Positions 9,378-18,583 of a stretch of 64,000 nt of DNA are shown here, piece after piece (within the stretch, counting starts at the first letter, position 1; every line of letters begins with the position of its first letter). Position numbers and translations under genes: made by a program. The notes below the pieces were generated by a model that was given only the letters and a program-made list of their open reading frames with translations, was not told where the DNA came from and did no database searches. Source of the stretch: an uncultured Planctomycetaceae bacterium (lineage in GTDB: Bacteria > Planctomycetota > Planctomycetia > Pirellulales > PALSA-1355); NCBI GenBank assembly GCA_963785305.1, contig CAWAUV010000007.1, positions 2,112,001-2,176,000 on the forward strand, written 5' to 3'.

Positions 9378-11752
9378 GTGGCAATCGATCCGATTTGCGG
9401 CATGACGGTCGATGAGGCGTCGGCCCGGAGCGCCGAGCGCAACGGCGCGAAGTTTTATTTCTGCGGCGAAAGCTGTCGGCGGAAATTTCTGGCCGGCGGT
9501 GTCGCTCCCGTGCCCCACGGCCAGCCGGCGATGCGCTCCGTCGCGCCGCCCGGGCCCCTTGTGCAGCTCGGCGTCGCCCCGCGGGAGCCAATGTCCAACA
9601 GCCATTCCGCGCCGGCGGGCGGCCCCGCGCGGCGAGTGAAGTATATCTGCCCGATGGACCCGGAAGTCGAAAGCGATGTTCCGGGAATCTGCCCCAAGTG
9701 CGGCATGGCGCTCGAGCCCGGCTTTCCCACGGCCGACGAAGACGAGGATCCCGAGCTGCGCGATATGAGCCGCAGGTTTTGGGCCGCCCTGGCCTTGAGC
9801 ATTCCGCTTGTGCTGCTCGCCATGGGGCCCATGGTCGGCCTCGGAGCCGATCGCTGGCTCGGGGCGCGAGCCCAAGCCTGGCTGCAACTGGCGCTGGCCA
9901 CGCCGGTCGTGCTCTGGGCCGGCTGGCCGTTTTTCGAGCGCGGCTGGCGCTCGATCATCAATCGGCGCCTCAACATGTTCACGCTCATCGCCCTCGGCGC
10001 CGGAGCGGCGTATCTCTATAGCGTGGTGGCGACGCTTTTTCCCGACAGCCTGCCAAGCGGCTTGCGCCACGAAGGCCGAGCCGAAGTGTATTTCGAGGCC
10101 GCGGCCGTGATCATCACCTTGGTGCTCATGGGCCAAGTGCTGGAGCTGCGCGCCGCCGCCGCGCCGGCGCCGCCATTCGCGAGCTGCTCTCGCTGGCCCC
10201 GCCGGTGGCGCATCGGGTGGTCGATGGGCAAGAAACGGACACGCCGGCCGCCGGGGTTCGCGTGGGCGATGTGCTGCGAGTGCGGCCCGGCGAAAAGATT
10301 CCGGTCGATGGCGTGGTGGTCGAAGGTCGCGGCGAGGTCGATGAGTCGATGCTCACCGGCGAGCCGATGCCGGTGGAAAAACGGCCCGGCGAATCGCTCG
10401 TCGGCGGTTCGATGAACGGAACAGGCTCGCTGCTCATGAAGGCCCAGCGAGTGGGCGACGAAACCTTGCTCGCGCGGATCGTGGTCCTCGTGGCCGAAGC
10501 GCAGCGCAGCCGGGCGCCGATCCAAAAAATCGCCGACGTCGCCGCCAGCTACTTCGTGCCCGCCGTGATCGCGGCGTCCGGAGTCACATTCGCCGTGTGG
10601 GCCCTGGCGGTTCATCGACCCGACGCGCTGGCTTGGGCCCTCGTCAATTCCGTGGCGGTGTTGATTATCGCCTGCCCCTGCGCGCTCGGGCTCGCCACGC
10701 CGATGTCGATCGTCGTGGGCATCGGCCGCGGCGCCAAGGCGGGCCTGCTCATTAAAAACGCCGAAACCCTCGAAGCGCTCGAAAAAATCGATACCGTGGT
10801 CGTCGACAAAACCGGCACGCTCACCGAAGGCCGACCCCGGGTGACCCAGATCATCACGCTCGCGCCCCACGAAGAGTCCGAACTGCTTGCCCTGGCCGCC
10901 GCCGTCGAACAGCCGAGCGAACATCCGCTTGGTCGGGCAATCGTCGGAGCGGCGCACGACCGAAGTCTCGCAATCCAACCCGCCGATGATTTTCAGTCGT
11001 TTCCCGGCGGCGGGGTCACGGGCCGAGTCGCCGGAAAGCGCGTCGTGGTCGGCAATGCGGCGTTGCTGGCCGAGCAGGGAGCACGGAACATCCCGTCGCT
11101 CGATGCGCTGGCCGAACCGCTCCGGCGCCAAGGTCACACCGTGACCCAGATCGCGGTCGATGGGCAACTTGCCGGCCTCGTCGCAATCGCCGATCCGATC
11201 AAATCGACCACGCGCGACGCGGTGCGAAGCCTGCACTCGCTAGGCCTGCGCGTGGTGATGTTCACGGGCGATAACCCTCGAACCGCGCGCGAGGTCGCCG
11301 ACTCGCTCGGCATCGACGAATTTTCCGCGGGCATGTCGCCCGCGGAGAAGCATGCGGGCATCGCGCGGCTACGGTCCGCCGGGCGCAAGGTGGCGATGGC
11401 CGGCGATGGAGTGAACGACGCCCCGGCCTTGGCGGCGGCCGATGTGGGCATCGCCATCGGCGCTGGAACCGATGTGGCGATCGCTTCGGCCGGCGTGACG
11501 CTCGTGGGCGGCGATTTGCGGGGCATCGTGCGCTCGCTACGGCTGAGCCGGGGCGTGATGCGCAATATTCGCCAGAACATTTTCTTCGCGCTGGTTTACA
11601 ATGCGATCGGAGTGCCGATCGCGGCCGGGGCGCTGTATCCACTTTCGGAGCACCTGCTGCTGAACCCGATGCTGGCGGCGGCGGCCATGAGCTTGAGCTC
11701 GGTGTCGGTCGTGGGCAACTCGCTCCGACTGCGCGGCCTCAAGCTCGGCTGA
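9378..11752 (+). CDS. copA: Copper/heavy-metal translocating P1B-type ATPase with YHS and heavy-metal-binding domains (frameshift near 10155)
   Basis: DPICGM...YFCGESC (YHS), YICPMDPE...[59 protein letters not shown]. Confidence 0.92.
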
Positions 11753-11874
11753 TTCGTGGCGCCCACCAAGCCCGCCCTCATCCCAAGGGGAGCTTTGCGC
11801 GGAAAGCCCTTTCCGCAAAATAAATCAGCGTCTGGCACAAATAGCCGTGCCCTGTAAATTCGATGCGGCAACAA

Positions 11875-11910
11875 AAAACCATCGCTCGATCGAGGCCGAG
11901 CGATGGTTTT
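11875..11910. terminator. Probable bidirectional rho-independent terminator between convergent copA and vapD
   Basis: Perfect 14-bp inverted repeat AAAACCATCGCTCG-N8-CGAGCGATGGTTTT with A and T runs at its ends. Confidence 0.7.
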
Positions 11911-11936
11911 CGACGATTGACGGATTGCGGAACGGT

Positions 11937-12332
11937 CTACTCGGCCGCGGCCTGTTGAACAGCACCCATTAAGTCGTTCTGCTCCTCGATTCGCAACATG
12001 CGAATGTCCTTCACCGAGGGGGCGAACCATGCGAATGTTCGCGCGATATCCATGATCGCCAAGACGCACGTAACGGCGTTTGCCTTTTCGGGATCGCCGA
12101 AATAGACGCTCCCTTGCTGCCACTTGAAGTTGTGCTTGCTCGTCAATACTTTTCGGATGTCGCCAGAGGCATTGTTGTAGGAGTCGTTGCCATAGGCTTT
12201 TTTCAGCGTTTCGGTATCCAGATCGAACGCGACGGCGTACATCGTCGATTTTCCGTTGGGAGGAGCGAGCGGACCGGCCTTGGGGAACTGAACCGCTCCC
12301 TGACGTCGAGGTTCTTCCAGAATGGTTGTCAT
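11937..12332 (-). CDS. vapD: VapD-family (Cas2-like ferredoxin fold) endoribonuclease
   Basis: MYAVAFDLDT...DIRKVL...FKWQQGSVYFG...WFAPSVKDIRMLRIEEQNDL matches VapD; GGAG SD before ATG 12332; core domain starts at 12242. Confidence 0.85.
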   Translation of the reverse strand: MTTILEEPRRQGAVQFPKAGPLAPPNGKSTMYAVAFDLDTETLKKAYGNDSYNNASGDIRKVLTSKHNFKWQQGSVYFGDPEKANAVTCVLAIMDIARTFAWFAPSVKDIRMLRIEEQNDLMGAVQQAAAE

Positions 12333-12362
12333 GAGGAGTCTCCGTAACGGTTGTGTTAACTG

Positions 12363-12391
12363 TATATAGGGTATTCTCCTGGGAATTGCAA
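12363..12391 (-). promoter_or_regulatory. Putative sigma70 promoter of vapD
   Basis: Minus strand TTGCAA-17 nt-TATATA about 30 nt upstream of the start codon. Confidence 0.5.
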
Positions 12392-12534
12392 TTCGCCGGT
12401 TGGGCGTCGTCCTCGTGCAAAAGCCCCGCCTGCACAAAACTCGGCCTTTTCGCCGTGATATCGTGCGGAGCCCGCCTCCCCGGGGCCAAGCGAGGGGGTG
12501 TTTGGCGCTGGGGGTAGTCCTGTTTCATGCCGCA

Positions 12535-12562
12535 TTCCCAGCGGCTTTACGATTGTTATAAT
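12535..12562 (+). promoter_or_regulatory. Putative extended -10 promoter of the WXG100/FtsK operon
   Basis: TGnTATAAT at 12554-12562 with weak -35 TTCCCA, about 70 nt upstream of 12635. Confidence 0.55.
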
Positions 12563-12634
12563 CGAAAATAGGCACTCTGCCCCCGTCCGTATTTCGCGAT
12601 CTTTCCGATCCATTTTCTTCCCCGAGGCGCCGTC

Positions 12635-12907
12635 ATGTCGCAGGCGATTGTCAATCCGGCCGATCTTCGCAAGTTCGCCAAAGCTCTCGATCGGTTCAGC
12701 AACGAACTGCAAACGCAAATGCTCATGCTCAAAGGCCAGCTCAATCACTTGGGCGAAAGCTGGCGCGACCAGGAGCACGAGAAATTCACCCAAGAGTTCG
12801 AGCAAACCCTGATCGCCACCAATCGCTTTCTCGAAGCCACGCGACTGCATGTGCCGTTTCTGATGCGCAAGGCCGATCGGGCCGAGGAATATCTCCGCCA
12901 GCGTTAA
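12635..12907 (+). CDS. WXG100/ESAT-6-like small helical-hairpin protein
   Basis: 90 aa, helical; N-terminal 'IVNPADLRKFA..L..F' and central 'LGESWRD..HEKF..EF' (W-x-D variant of WXG). Confidence 0.85.
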   Translation: MSQAIVNPADLRKFAKALDRFSNELQTQMLMLKGQLNHLGESWRDQEHEKFTQEFEQTLIATNRFLEATRLHVPFLMRKADRAEEYLRQR

Positions 12908-13009
12908 ACGTCCTTGCGCGGGTCAGGTCGGGTTCGGCCATCGAGCGCCGTTCGTGGATGTCGTTGCGAGCCGTTGCTAGTCCTTGGCGATTAAGGGGAG
13001 ACGCGTCGA

Positions 13010-13750
13010 ATGAGTGGCGATGCGAATGTCGGATCGATCGAGGCGGTGCGCGATTTTCGCGCGGCGCTCAATACCTTTTTACATGAAGCCCGCGACGCGC
13101 TCGTGACCTACGACATGGAAGCCCGCCGCGCGCTCGAATGGCTGCTCGACACCGCGCCCAAGATGTGGCAGCAGGAGAGCCGCAAGTGCCAGGAGAAGAT
13201 CACGGAGCTCAACATCGCCTACCAAGCCTGCCGAGCCCAAAAGCTTCCGGGCGGCGGTCAGCCGGCATGCCTCGAAGAGAAAAAGCAGCTCGACAAGGCC
13301 AAGGCCCGCATGGTCTATATTCAAGACAAGATTCAAAAGACCAAGAAATGGGGCTTGGCCGCCGATCGACAAGCGATCGAATACAAAGGCCGCGCGACCC
13401 ACATGATCGGCGTGCTCGATGGCGATGTGCCGAATGCTCTCGCGCTCTTGGACCGGGTGCTGGTGTCGCTCGAGCAGTATGTGGCGTTTACGCATACGGG
13501 CTCGACCCAGGCTCTGGAAGCGTCGCGGGAAAGCGAGTCGATGGCCAACTCGCCGCCCGACGAGAAAGACGACGCCGCCAAGAAGCTAAGCGCCGCGGCG
13601 GCCGCGGCGGCTGAAACCGCCCAGGCCACCGCGAGTCTCGAAGCCGCTTTGCCTCTGGCGGGCGAGGCCGCCGAGGCCACGAGCGGGGACACCGAGGTCG
13701 TCGGCGGGACGGAGGACGAATCGCATCCCGCTAGTCAAGCCAAAAAATAG
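13010..13750 (+). CDS. Elongated WXG100-like coiled-coil protein with acidic low-complexity tail
   Basis: 246 aa; GGGGAG SD; N- and C-terminal helices resemble the upstream WXG100 protein; heptad-rich middle. Confidence 0.7.
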   Translation: MSGDANVGSIEAVRDFRAALNTFLHEARDALVTYDMEARRALEWLLDTAPKMWQQESRKCQEKITELNIAYQACRAQKLPGGGQPACLEEKKQLDKAKARMVYIQDKIQKTKKWGLAADRQAIEYKGRATHMIGVLDGDVPNALALLDRVLVSLEQYVAFTHTGSTQALEASRESESMANSPPDEKDDAAKKLSAAAAAAAETAQATASLEAALPLAGEAAEATSGDTEVVGGTEDESHPASQAKK

Positions 13751-13997
13751 CGGTTTGCGCGGCTTTCGGCCCGTGCAACTTTGGCCGGCGCAGCGCATAC
13801 TTGATGTTGGACTGCGGCGGCGGGCGGAAGCCCCGCCACGCCGCCGGAGAGCTCCGTGGCGGCTTGTCCCCGGGCGGCGTAACCGGGGGTCTCGCTTGCC
13901 GGCCGTTTGCGCCGAGTCGGGTCAAGTCGGCGCGGGCGCCGGATAAGCCCATCCCATCCCCCATTTTCCTGATCTCGGCCAAGGAGCCACTCCTCTC

Positions 13998-14222
13998 ATG
14001 CGAACCGGCGACCTGGGCAGCGGCTCGATCAAGCTGCGCAAAGCGTGGAAGAAGATGATCGAGCGCTGGGAAGACACGCGGCCTTACTGGAAAGACGCCG
14101 TGAGCCGCGATTTCGAGAAAAAGTATCTCATGGAATTCGAACCGCCGATGGTGGCCGTGTTTGAGCGGATGAAAACGCTCACCGGCCTTCTTGAAGCGGC
14201 GATCCATGATGTCGAGAAATAG
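13998..14222 (+). CDS. Second short WXG100-like protein
   Basis: 74 aa; AAGGAG SD; 'WEDTRPYWKDAVSRDFEKKYL' parallels 'LGESWRDQEHEKFTQEF'; ends 14 nt before the FtsK-type gene. Confidence 0.75.
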   Translation: MRTGDLGSGSIKLRKAWKKMIERWEDTRPYWKDAVSRDFEKKYLMEFEPPMVAVFERMKTLTGLLEAAIHDVEK

Positions 14223-14236
14223 AGGCGCCCCCCACC

Positions 14237-17200
14237 ATGAGCATCGAAGCCGAACCCCAGGCGATTATTCCGCCCCCGCCCGTCGCGGTCGAAGACACGA
14301 ATTCCGAAGCGCGCCGCGAGGTGCGGTTTCTCGAGATGCTTTCGACCAGCTCCGCCAAGCGAGCCCAGGAAGAAGCCGAAATCGAGGCCCGCTATGTGAC
14401 CGTGCGCAAAGCGGCCACCGCCCTGGAGCAAGAATCGCTCGCGACGCTCAAAACCTGGCTGGCGACCGCCGAGCAGAAGATCGCCGCCGACCACGCCGAA
14501 GCATTGCGCCAAGCCGAGGCCAAATACACGAAAGACGGCGCCGGCGCCGAGCACCAACTCACGGAGTTTCGCCTCAAGCTCGACGAAAAATTCGAGCCCG
14601 CTCGTCAGCAATCGGCCGCCAAGCGAGACGAGCTCCATCGGCAGGCCGAAGCCCAGTTCGACGCGCGGAAGAGAATCGCTCCCAAGCAGCTCGCCGACTT
14701 CGAGCAACAGCTCGAAGCTTGGAAGACGCGCATGCGCGAAGATCGCGACGCGGCCCAAAAGCTGCTCGCCAAGTGGCGGCTCACGTCGTTTGGCGCCAGC
14801 CGAATCAAAAAAGCCGAAGCCGGCCAAATGACCGGCGACCTTTCGGCGCTCCTGCAAGACCGGCTCAATATCGTGGGCGAGTCGATCGAAGGGCTCAAGG
14901 GACTGCATTCGCCCACGCTCGCGGGAAGTTGGCTGTTCAAATTGTTCTGGCCGCTCCTGGCTGCCGGGCTCGGCGCCGGCGCTTGGTATATGAAGCTCGA
15001 GCTGGTAATGGTCGCCGCCGGCCCCGCGATCGCCCTGGTGCTCGGGCTCGGGACCATCTTGCTCGTGCGGCAGTCGGCCCGCTCGAATGTGGGCGAGCTT
15101 TATCCCAAGCTGTGCCAAGCCGCGGCCGAAGCCGAGACGTTGATCGCCCAGTCGCTCAGCGAGGCCCGCAAACGCACCGCCGCCACGCAGACCAAACTCG
15201 GCGAAGTGCGGGAGCGAGCCCAACAACTGGCCGACAAGCAGCACGAAGCACGCTTGGCCGAGATCGAAAACCAGCTCGTGGCCCGGCTCAAGGGGCCCGC
15301 GGACACCATTGCCCAAAAGAAAAAGGAATACGCCGCTCGCCGCGACGAGAAGCTGGCCGCGGCCGAAAAGCTCCGCAAGAGTCGCTTGGCCGAGTTTGCC
15401 CATCGCAAGGCGACCGGCGCCACCGAGATCGAAGAGCTCTTCGCCCGGCAACTGCGCGAGGCCGACGAACGTCGCGCGACCGAGATCGCCGCGCTCGTGG
15501 CCTGGTGGCGTGAGAGCTTGGAAGCGGTCAAGAACGTGGCCCACGAGATTCAAGGGCGCCATTTCGAGGGCGCTTGCCATCAATGGCTTTCCGATTGGAA
15601 GCAAGTGGCCGGCGGCAAGTGGGCGCCCGCCAGCGTGATTCCCACCGCGGTGCGCTTCGGCGAGTTTCGCGTCGAGCAGAAGCAGATTCCCCAGGGCGTG
15701 CCCCGGCTCGCGGAGTTGGCCGAAATCACGCCGGGCGAGTGGACCCTGCCGGCGCTCGCGCCGTTTCCGGAGTGCCCCTCGCTGCTCTTCAAGGCCAAGA
15801 GCGACGGACGGCGGGTGGCGATCGAGGCGATGCAGGCCTTCATGACCCGGCTGCTGGTCGTGGTTCCGCCGGGCAAGCTCCGGTTCACGATCATCGACCC
15901 GGTCGGGCTGGGCGAGAACTTCGCCAGCATCATGCACTTGGCCGACTTCAACGAAGCGTTTGTCACGAACCGCATCTGGACCGAGACCCCGCATATCGAA
16001 CAGCGGCTCGCCGATCTTTCGGAACACATGGAAAACGTGATCCAAAAGTATCTGCGCAACGAGTATGTGAACATCGACGATTACAACCGCGAGGCGGGCG
16101 AGATCGCCGAGCCTTACCGGTTTCTGGTCGTGGCCAATTTTCCCGCCAACTTCAGCGACGCCGCTCAAAAGCGGCTGCTCTCGATCGCGGCCAGCGGTTC
16201 GCGCTGCGGGGTGTACACCCTGATCATGATGGACACCCAGGGCGCCGCGATCACCGGGTTCAACATCCGCGACCTCGAGCAATATAGCAATGTGCTAAGC
16301 TGGAAGGACAAACGCTTCGTCTGGAAGAGCGAACACTTTTCCGACTATGCCCTCACGGTCGACATGCCGCCCGAGCCGAGCGAAGTGACCGAGATCGTGA
16401 CCGTGGCCGGCAAGCAGGCCAATGCGGCGGGCAAGGTCGAGCTGCCGTTCAAAGTCATCGCGCCGAAGGACGAAGGCATCTGGACGGAATCGTGCGGCTC
16501 GATTCTCGATGTGCCGCTCGGCCGCGCCGGCGCCACGCGACATCAAAGCCTGAAGCTCGGCCGCGGCACTTCGCAGCATGTGGTCATCGCTGGCAAGACC
16601 GGTTCAGGTAAGTCGACGCTGCTCCATATTCTCATCACCAACGCCGCCCTGCGCTACAGTCCCGAGGAGCTCCAGCTCTATCTGATCGACTTCAAACAGG
16701 GCGTCGAATTCAAGACATACGTGACCTATCAGTTGCCGCATGCGCGGGTCGTGGCCGTGGAGTCCGATCGCGAGTTCGGCGTGAGCGTGCTCGGCCGTCT
16801 GATCAAGGAAATCGAAGTTCGTTCGGCCCGTTATCGGCAATTCGGCGTGCAGGACTTGGCCGGCTACCGCAAGGCCGATCCAGGCAACCCCATGCCGCGC
16901 ACGCTGCTAATCATCGACGAATTCCAGGAATTCTTCACGGAAGACGACCGAGTGGCCCAGGAAGCGGCGCTCTCGCTCGACCGGCTCGTGCGTCTGGGTC
17001 GCGCGTTCGGCATCCATGTGCTGCTCGGCTCGCAGACTCTGGCCTCGGCCGGCGTGGGCCGCAGCACCCTGAGCCAGATGGCGGTCCGCATCGCGCTGCA
17101 GTGCAGCGAGGCCGACTCGCAGCTCATTTTGAGCGAGGACAATTCGGCCGCCCGACTGCTCTCGCGACCGGGCGAAGCGATCTACAACGACTCGAACGGC

Positions 17201-18508
17201 ATGGTCGAAGGCAACCATCCGTTTCAGATCGTGTGGCTCACGGACGAGGCTCGCGACGAATACCTGGGCAAGGTGCGAAACTTGGCCGTGAAGCGAAACC
17301 TCGACAAGCTGCCCTGCTTGGTGTTCGAAGGCAACCTGCCGGCCGATTTCGATGGCAACAAGCCGCTCGCGAGCCGCTTGGCCGCCGGTCGGCCCGAGAC
17401 TCAGCCCCACGAAGGCATTGTTTGGTTGGGCGACGCCGTGGCGATCAAGGATCCGACCCAGATCGTCTTCCGGCCCCAGAGCGGCGCCAATGTGCTTTTG
17501 ATCGGCCAGAACGAAGACGCGGTGATGGGTGTGATGCTCAGCGCGCTCGTGAGCCTCGCCGCCCAGTTTCCAGCGACCGACGAATCCGGGCCAATGTTCT
17601 GCATTCTCGACGGCGCGGCCACCGGCACCGCGCAATCGGAGCAGCTTGCTCGCCTCCCGGAACTGGTCAACGATCCGGTTTGCCTCGGCCAGCGGCGGCA
17701 ACTCAGGGGACTCCTTCAGCAGATTTACACGGAAGTCGATCGCCGCCGAGCCTCGAACCTCGCCGAGCATCCGCCGATCTTTCTCATGATCTACGGCGTG
17801 CAAAAGCTCCGCGAATTGTGGAAGCCCGAAGACGACTACGGCTTCTCGAAGCCGGGCGGGCCGGTGACCGATCCCGGCAAGCAGTTCGCCTCGATCTTGC
17901 GCGATGGGCCCCCGCAGGGCGTGTACACGATCGCCTGGATCGATAGCGTGAACAATCTCAACCGCGCTTGGGAGCGTCAGACACTTCGCGAGTTCGAAAT
18001 GCGGATCGTGTTCCAAATGAGCGCCAACGATTCGAGCACGATCATCGACTCGCCCGCCGCCGGCAAGCTCGGCCAATTTCGGGCGTTGTTCCACAGCGAA
18101 GAGACCGCCACGCAAGAAAAATTCCGGCCCTATCGCTGGCCCAGCGACGACTGGCTCGAGTCGGTGCGCGAGCGATTGGGAGGCCCCTCGCGGCGCACGA
18201 CCTCGCTCCTGGCCCATGGCCCCGGGGCCGAGGGCCCAACCGATCAAGCCCCGGAAAGCGCGGGCGGCAAATCGCCCGAGGATTTCGATATCGATCTCAA
18301 GAGCGGCTTCTCGAATGCAAACGGCGATGGCGGCGCGAGCGACGACGGCTCGGGCGGCGCGGGCGGCGAGAGCGGCGAGAGCGGCGCGGGCAGCTTTTCA
18401 GATTCGGCGGGCTTTTCAGATTCGGGCTTTGGCTTTACAACCAAGTGGGGCGACTACGGCGACGATGACGACGCCAAACAAAAACCGGCCGCCGATCCAG
18501 ACGCGTGA
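14237..18508 (+). CDS. Membrane-anchored FtsK/SpoIIIE-domain ATPase, EccC/EssC-like
   Basis: 1423 aa: coiled coil, two-TM hairpin (approx 14930-15065), coiled coil, degenerate ATPase-like domain, intact domain (GKTGSGKS 16592-16615, LYLIDFKQGVEF, LLIIDEFQE, RLGRAFGIHVLLGSQ), degenerate third domain, acidic tail. Confidence 0.9.
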   Translation: MSIEAEPQAIIPPPPVAVEDTNSEARREVRFLEMLSTSSAKRAQEEAEIEARYVTVRKAATALEQESLATLKTWLATAEQKIAADHAEALRQAEAKYTKDGAGAEHQLTEFRLKLDEKFEPARQQSAAKRDELHRQAEAQFDARKRIAPKQLADFEQQLEAWKTRMREDRDAAQKLLAKWRLTSFGASRIKKAEAGQMTGDLSALLQDRLNIVGESIEGLKGLHSPTLAGSWLFKLFWPLLAAGLGAGAWYMKLELVMVAAGPAIALVLGLGTILLVRQSARSNVGELYPKLCQAAAEAETLIAQSLSEARKRTAATQTKLGEVRERAQQLADKQHEARLAEIENQLVARLKGPADTIAQKKKEYAARRDEKLAAAEKLRKSRLAEFAHRKATGATEIEELFARQLREADERRATEIAALVAWWRESLEAVKNVAHEIQGRHFEGACHQWLSDWKQVAGGKWAPASVIPTAVRFGEFRVEQKQIPQGVPRLAELAEITPGEWTLPALAPFPECPSLLFKAKSDGRRVAIEAMQAFMTRLLVVVPPGKLRFTIIDPVGLGENFASIMHLADFNEAFVTNRIWTETPHIEQRLADLSEHMENVIQKYLRNEYVNIDDYNREAGEIAEPYRFLVVANFPANFSDAAQKRLLSIAASGSRCGVYTLIMMDTQGAAITGFNIRDLEQYSNVLSWKDKRFVWKSEHFSDYALTVDMPPEPSEVTEIVTVAGKQANAAGKVELPFKVIAPKDEGIWTESCGSILDVPLGRAGATRHQSLKLGRGTSQHVVIAGKTGSGKSTLLHILITNAALRYSPEELQLYLIDFKQGVEFKTYVTYQLPHARVVAVESDREFGVSVLGRLIKEIEVRSARYRQFGVQDLAGYRKADPGNPMPRTLLIIDEFQEFFTEDDRVAQEAALSLDRLVRLGRAFGIHVLLGSQTLASAGVGRSTLSQMAVRIALQCSEADSQLILSEDNSAARLLSRPGEAIYNDSNGMVEGNHPFQIVWLTDEARDEYLGKVRNLAVKRNLDKLPCLVFEGNLPADFDGNKPLASRLAAGRPETQPHEGIVWLGDAVAIKDPTQIVFRPQSGANVLLIGQNEDAVMGVMLSALVSLAAQFPATDESGPMFCILDGAATGTAQSEQLARLPELVNDPVCLGQRRQLRGLLQQIYTEVDRRRASNLAEHPPIFLMIYGVQKLRELWKPEDDYGFSKPGGPVTDPGKQFASILRDGPPQGVYTIAWIDSVNNLNRAWERQTLREFEMRIVFQMSANDSSTIIDSPAAGKLGQFRALFHSEETATQEKFRPYRWPSDDWLESVRERLGGPSRRTTSLLAHGPGAEGPTDQAPESAGGKSPEDFDIDLKSGFSNANGDGGASDDGSGGAGGESGESGAGSFSDSAGFSDSGFGFTTKWGDYGDDDDAKQKPAADPDA

Positions 18509-18583
18509 GATGCTTAAGGCCCCGCCGCCGCGAATGGTTTTCGCGGCCCGCCCGCTCGATTCGCGACTTCCGAGAGATTCTCC

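Noticed and set aside
11937..12332. CRISPR-associated Cas2 / CRISPR locus
   Set aside because: Motifs fit VapD; no cas1, other cas genes or repeat-spacer array in the window
14084..16282. Long antisense or alternate-frame ORFs (also 247-1692, 20358-22187, 40897-42354, 52241-54181, 57458-58960)
   Set aside because: Shadow ORFs of high-GC genes overlapping well-supported CDSs, with no motifs
14237..18508. Cell-division DNA translocase FtsK or conjugative coupling protein
   Set aside because: No N-terminal 4-TM domain or gamma domain, three RecA-like units, WXG100-like neighbours, and no relaxase, integrase or T4SS genes
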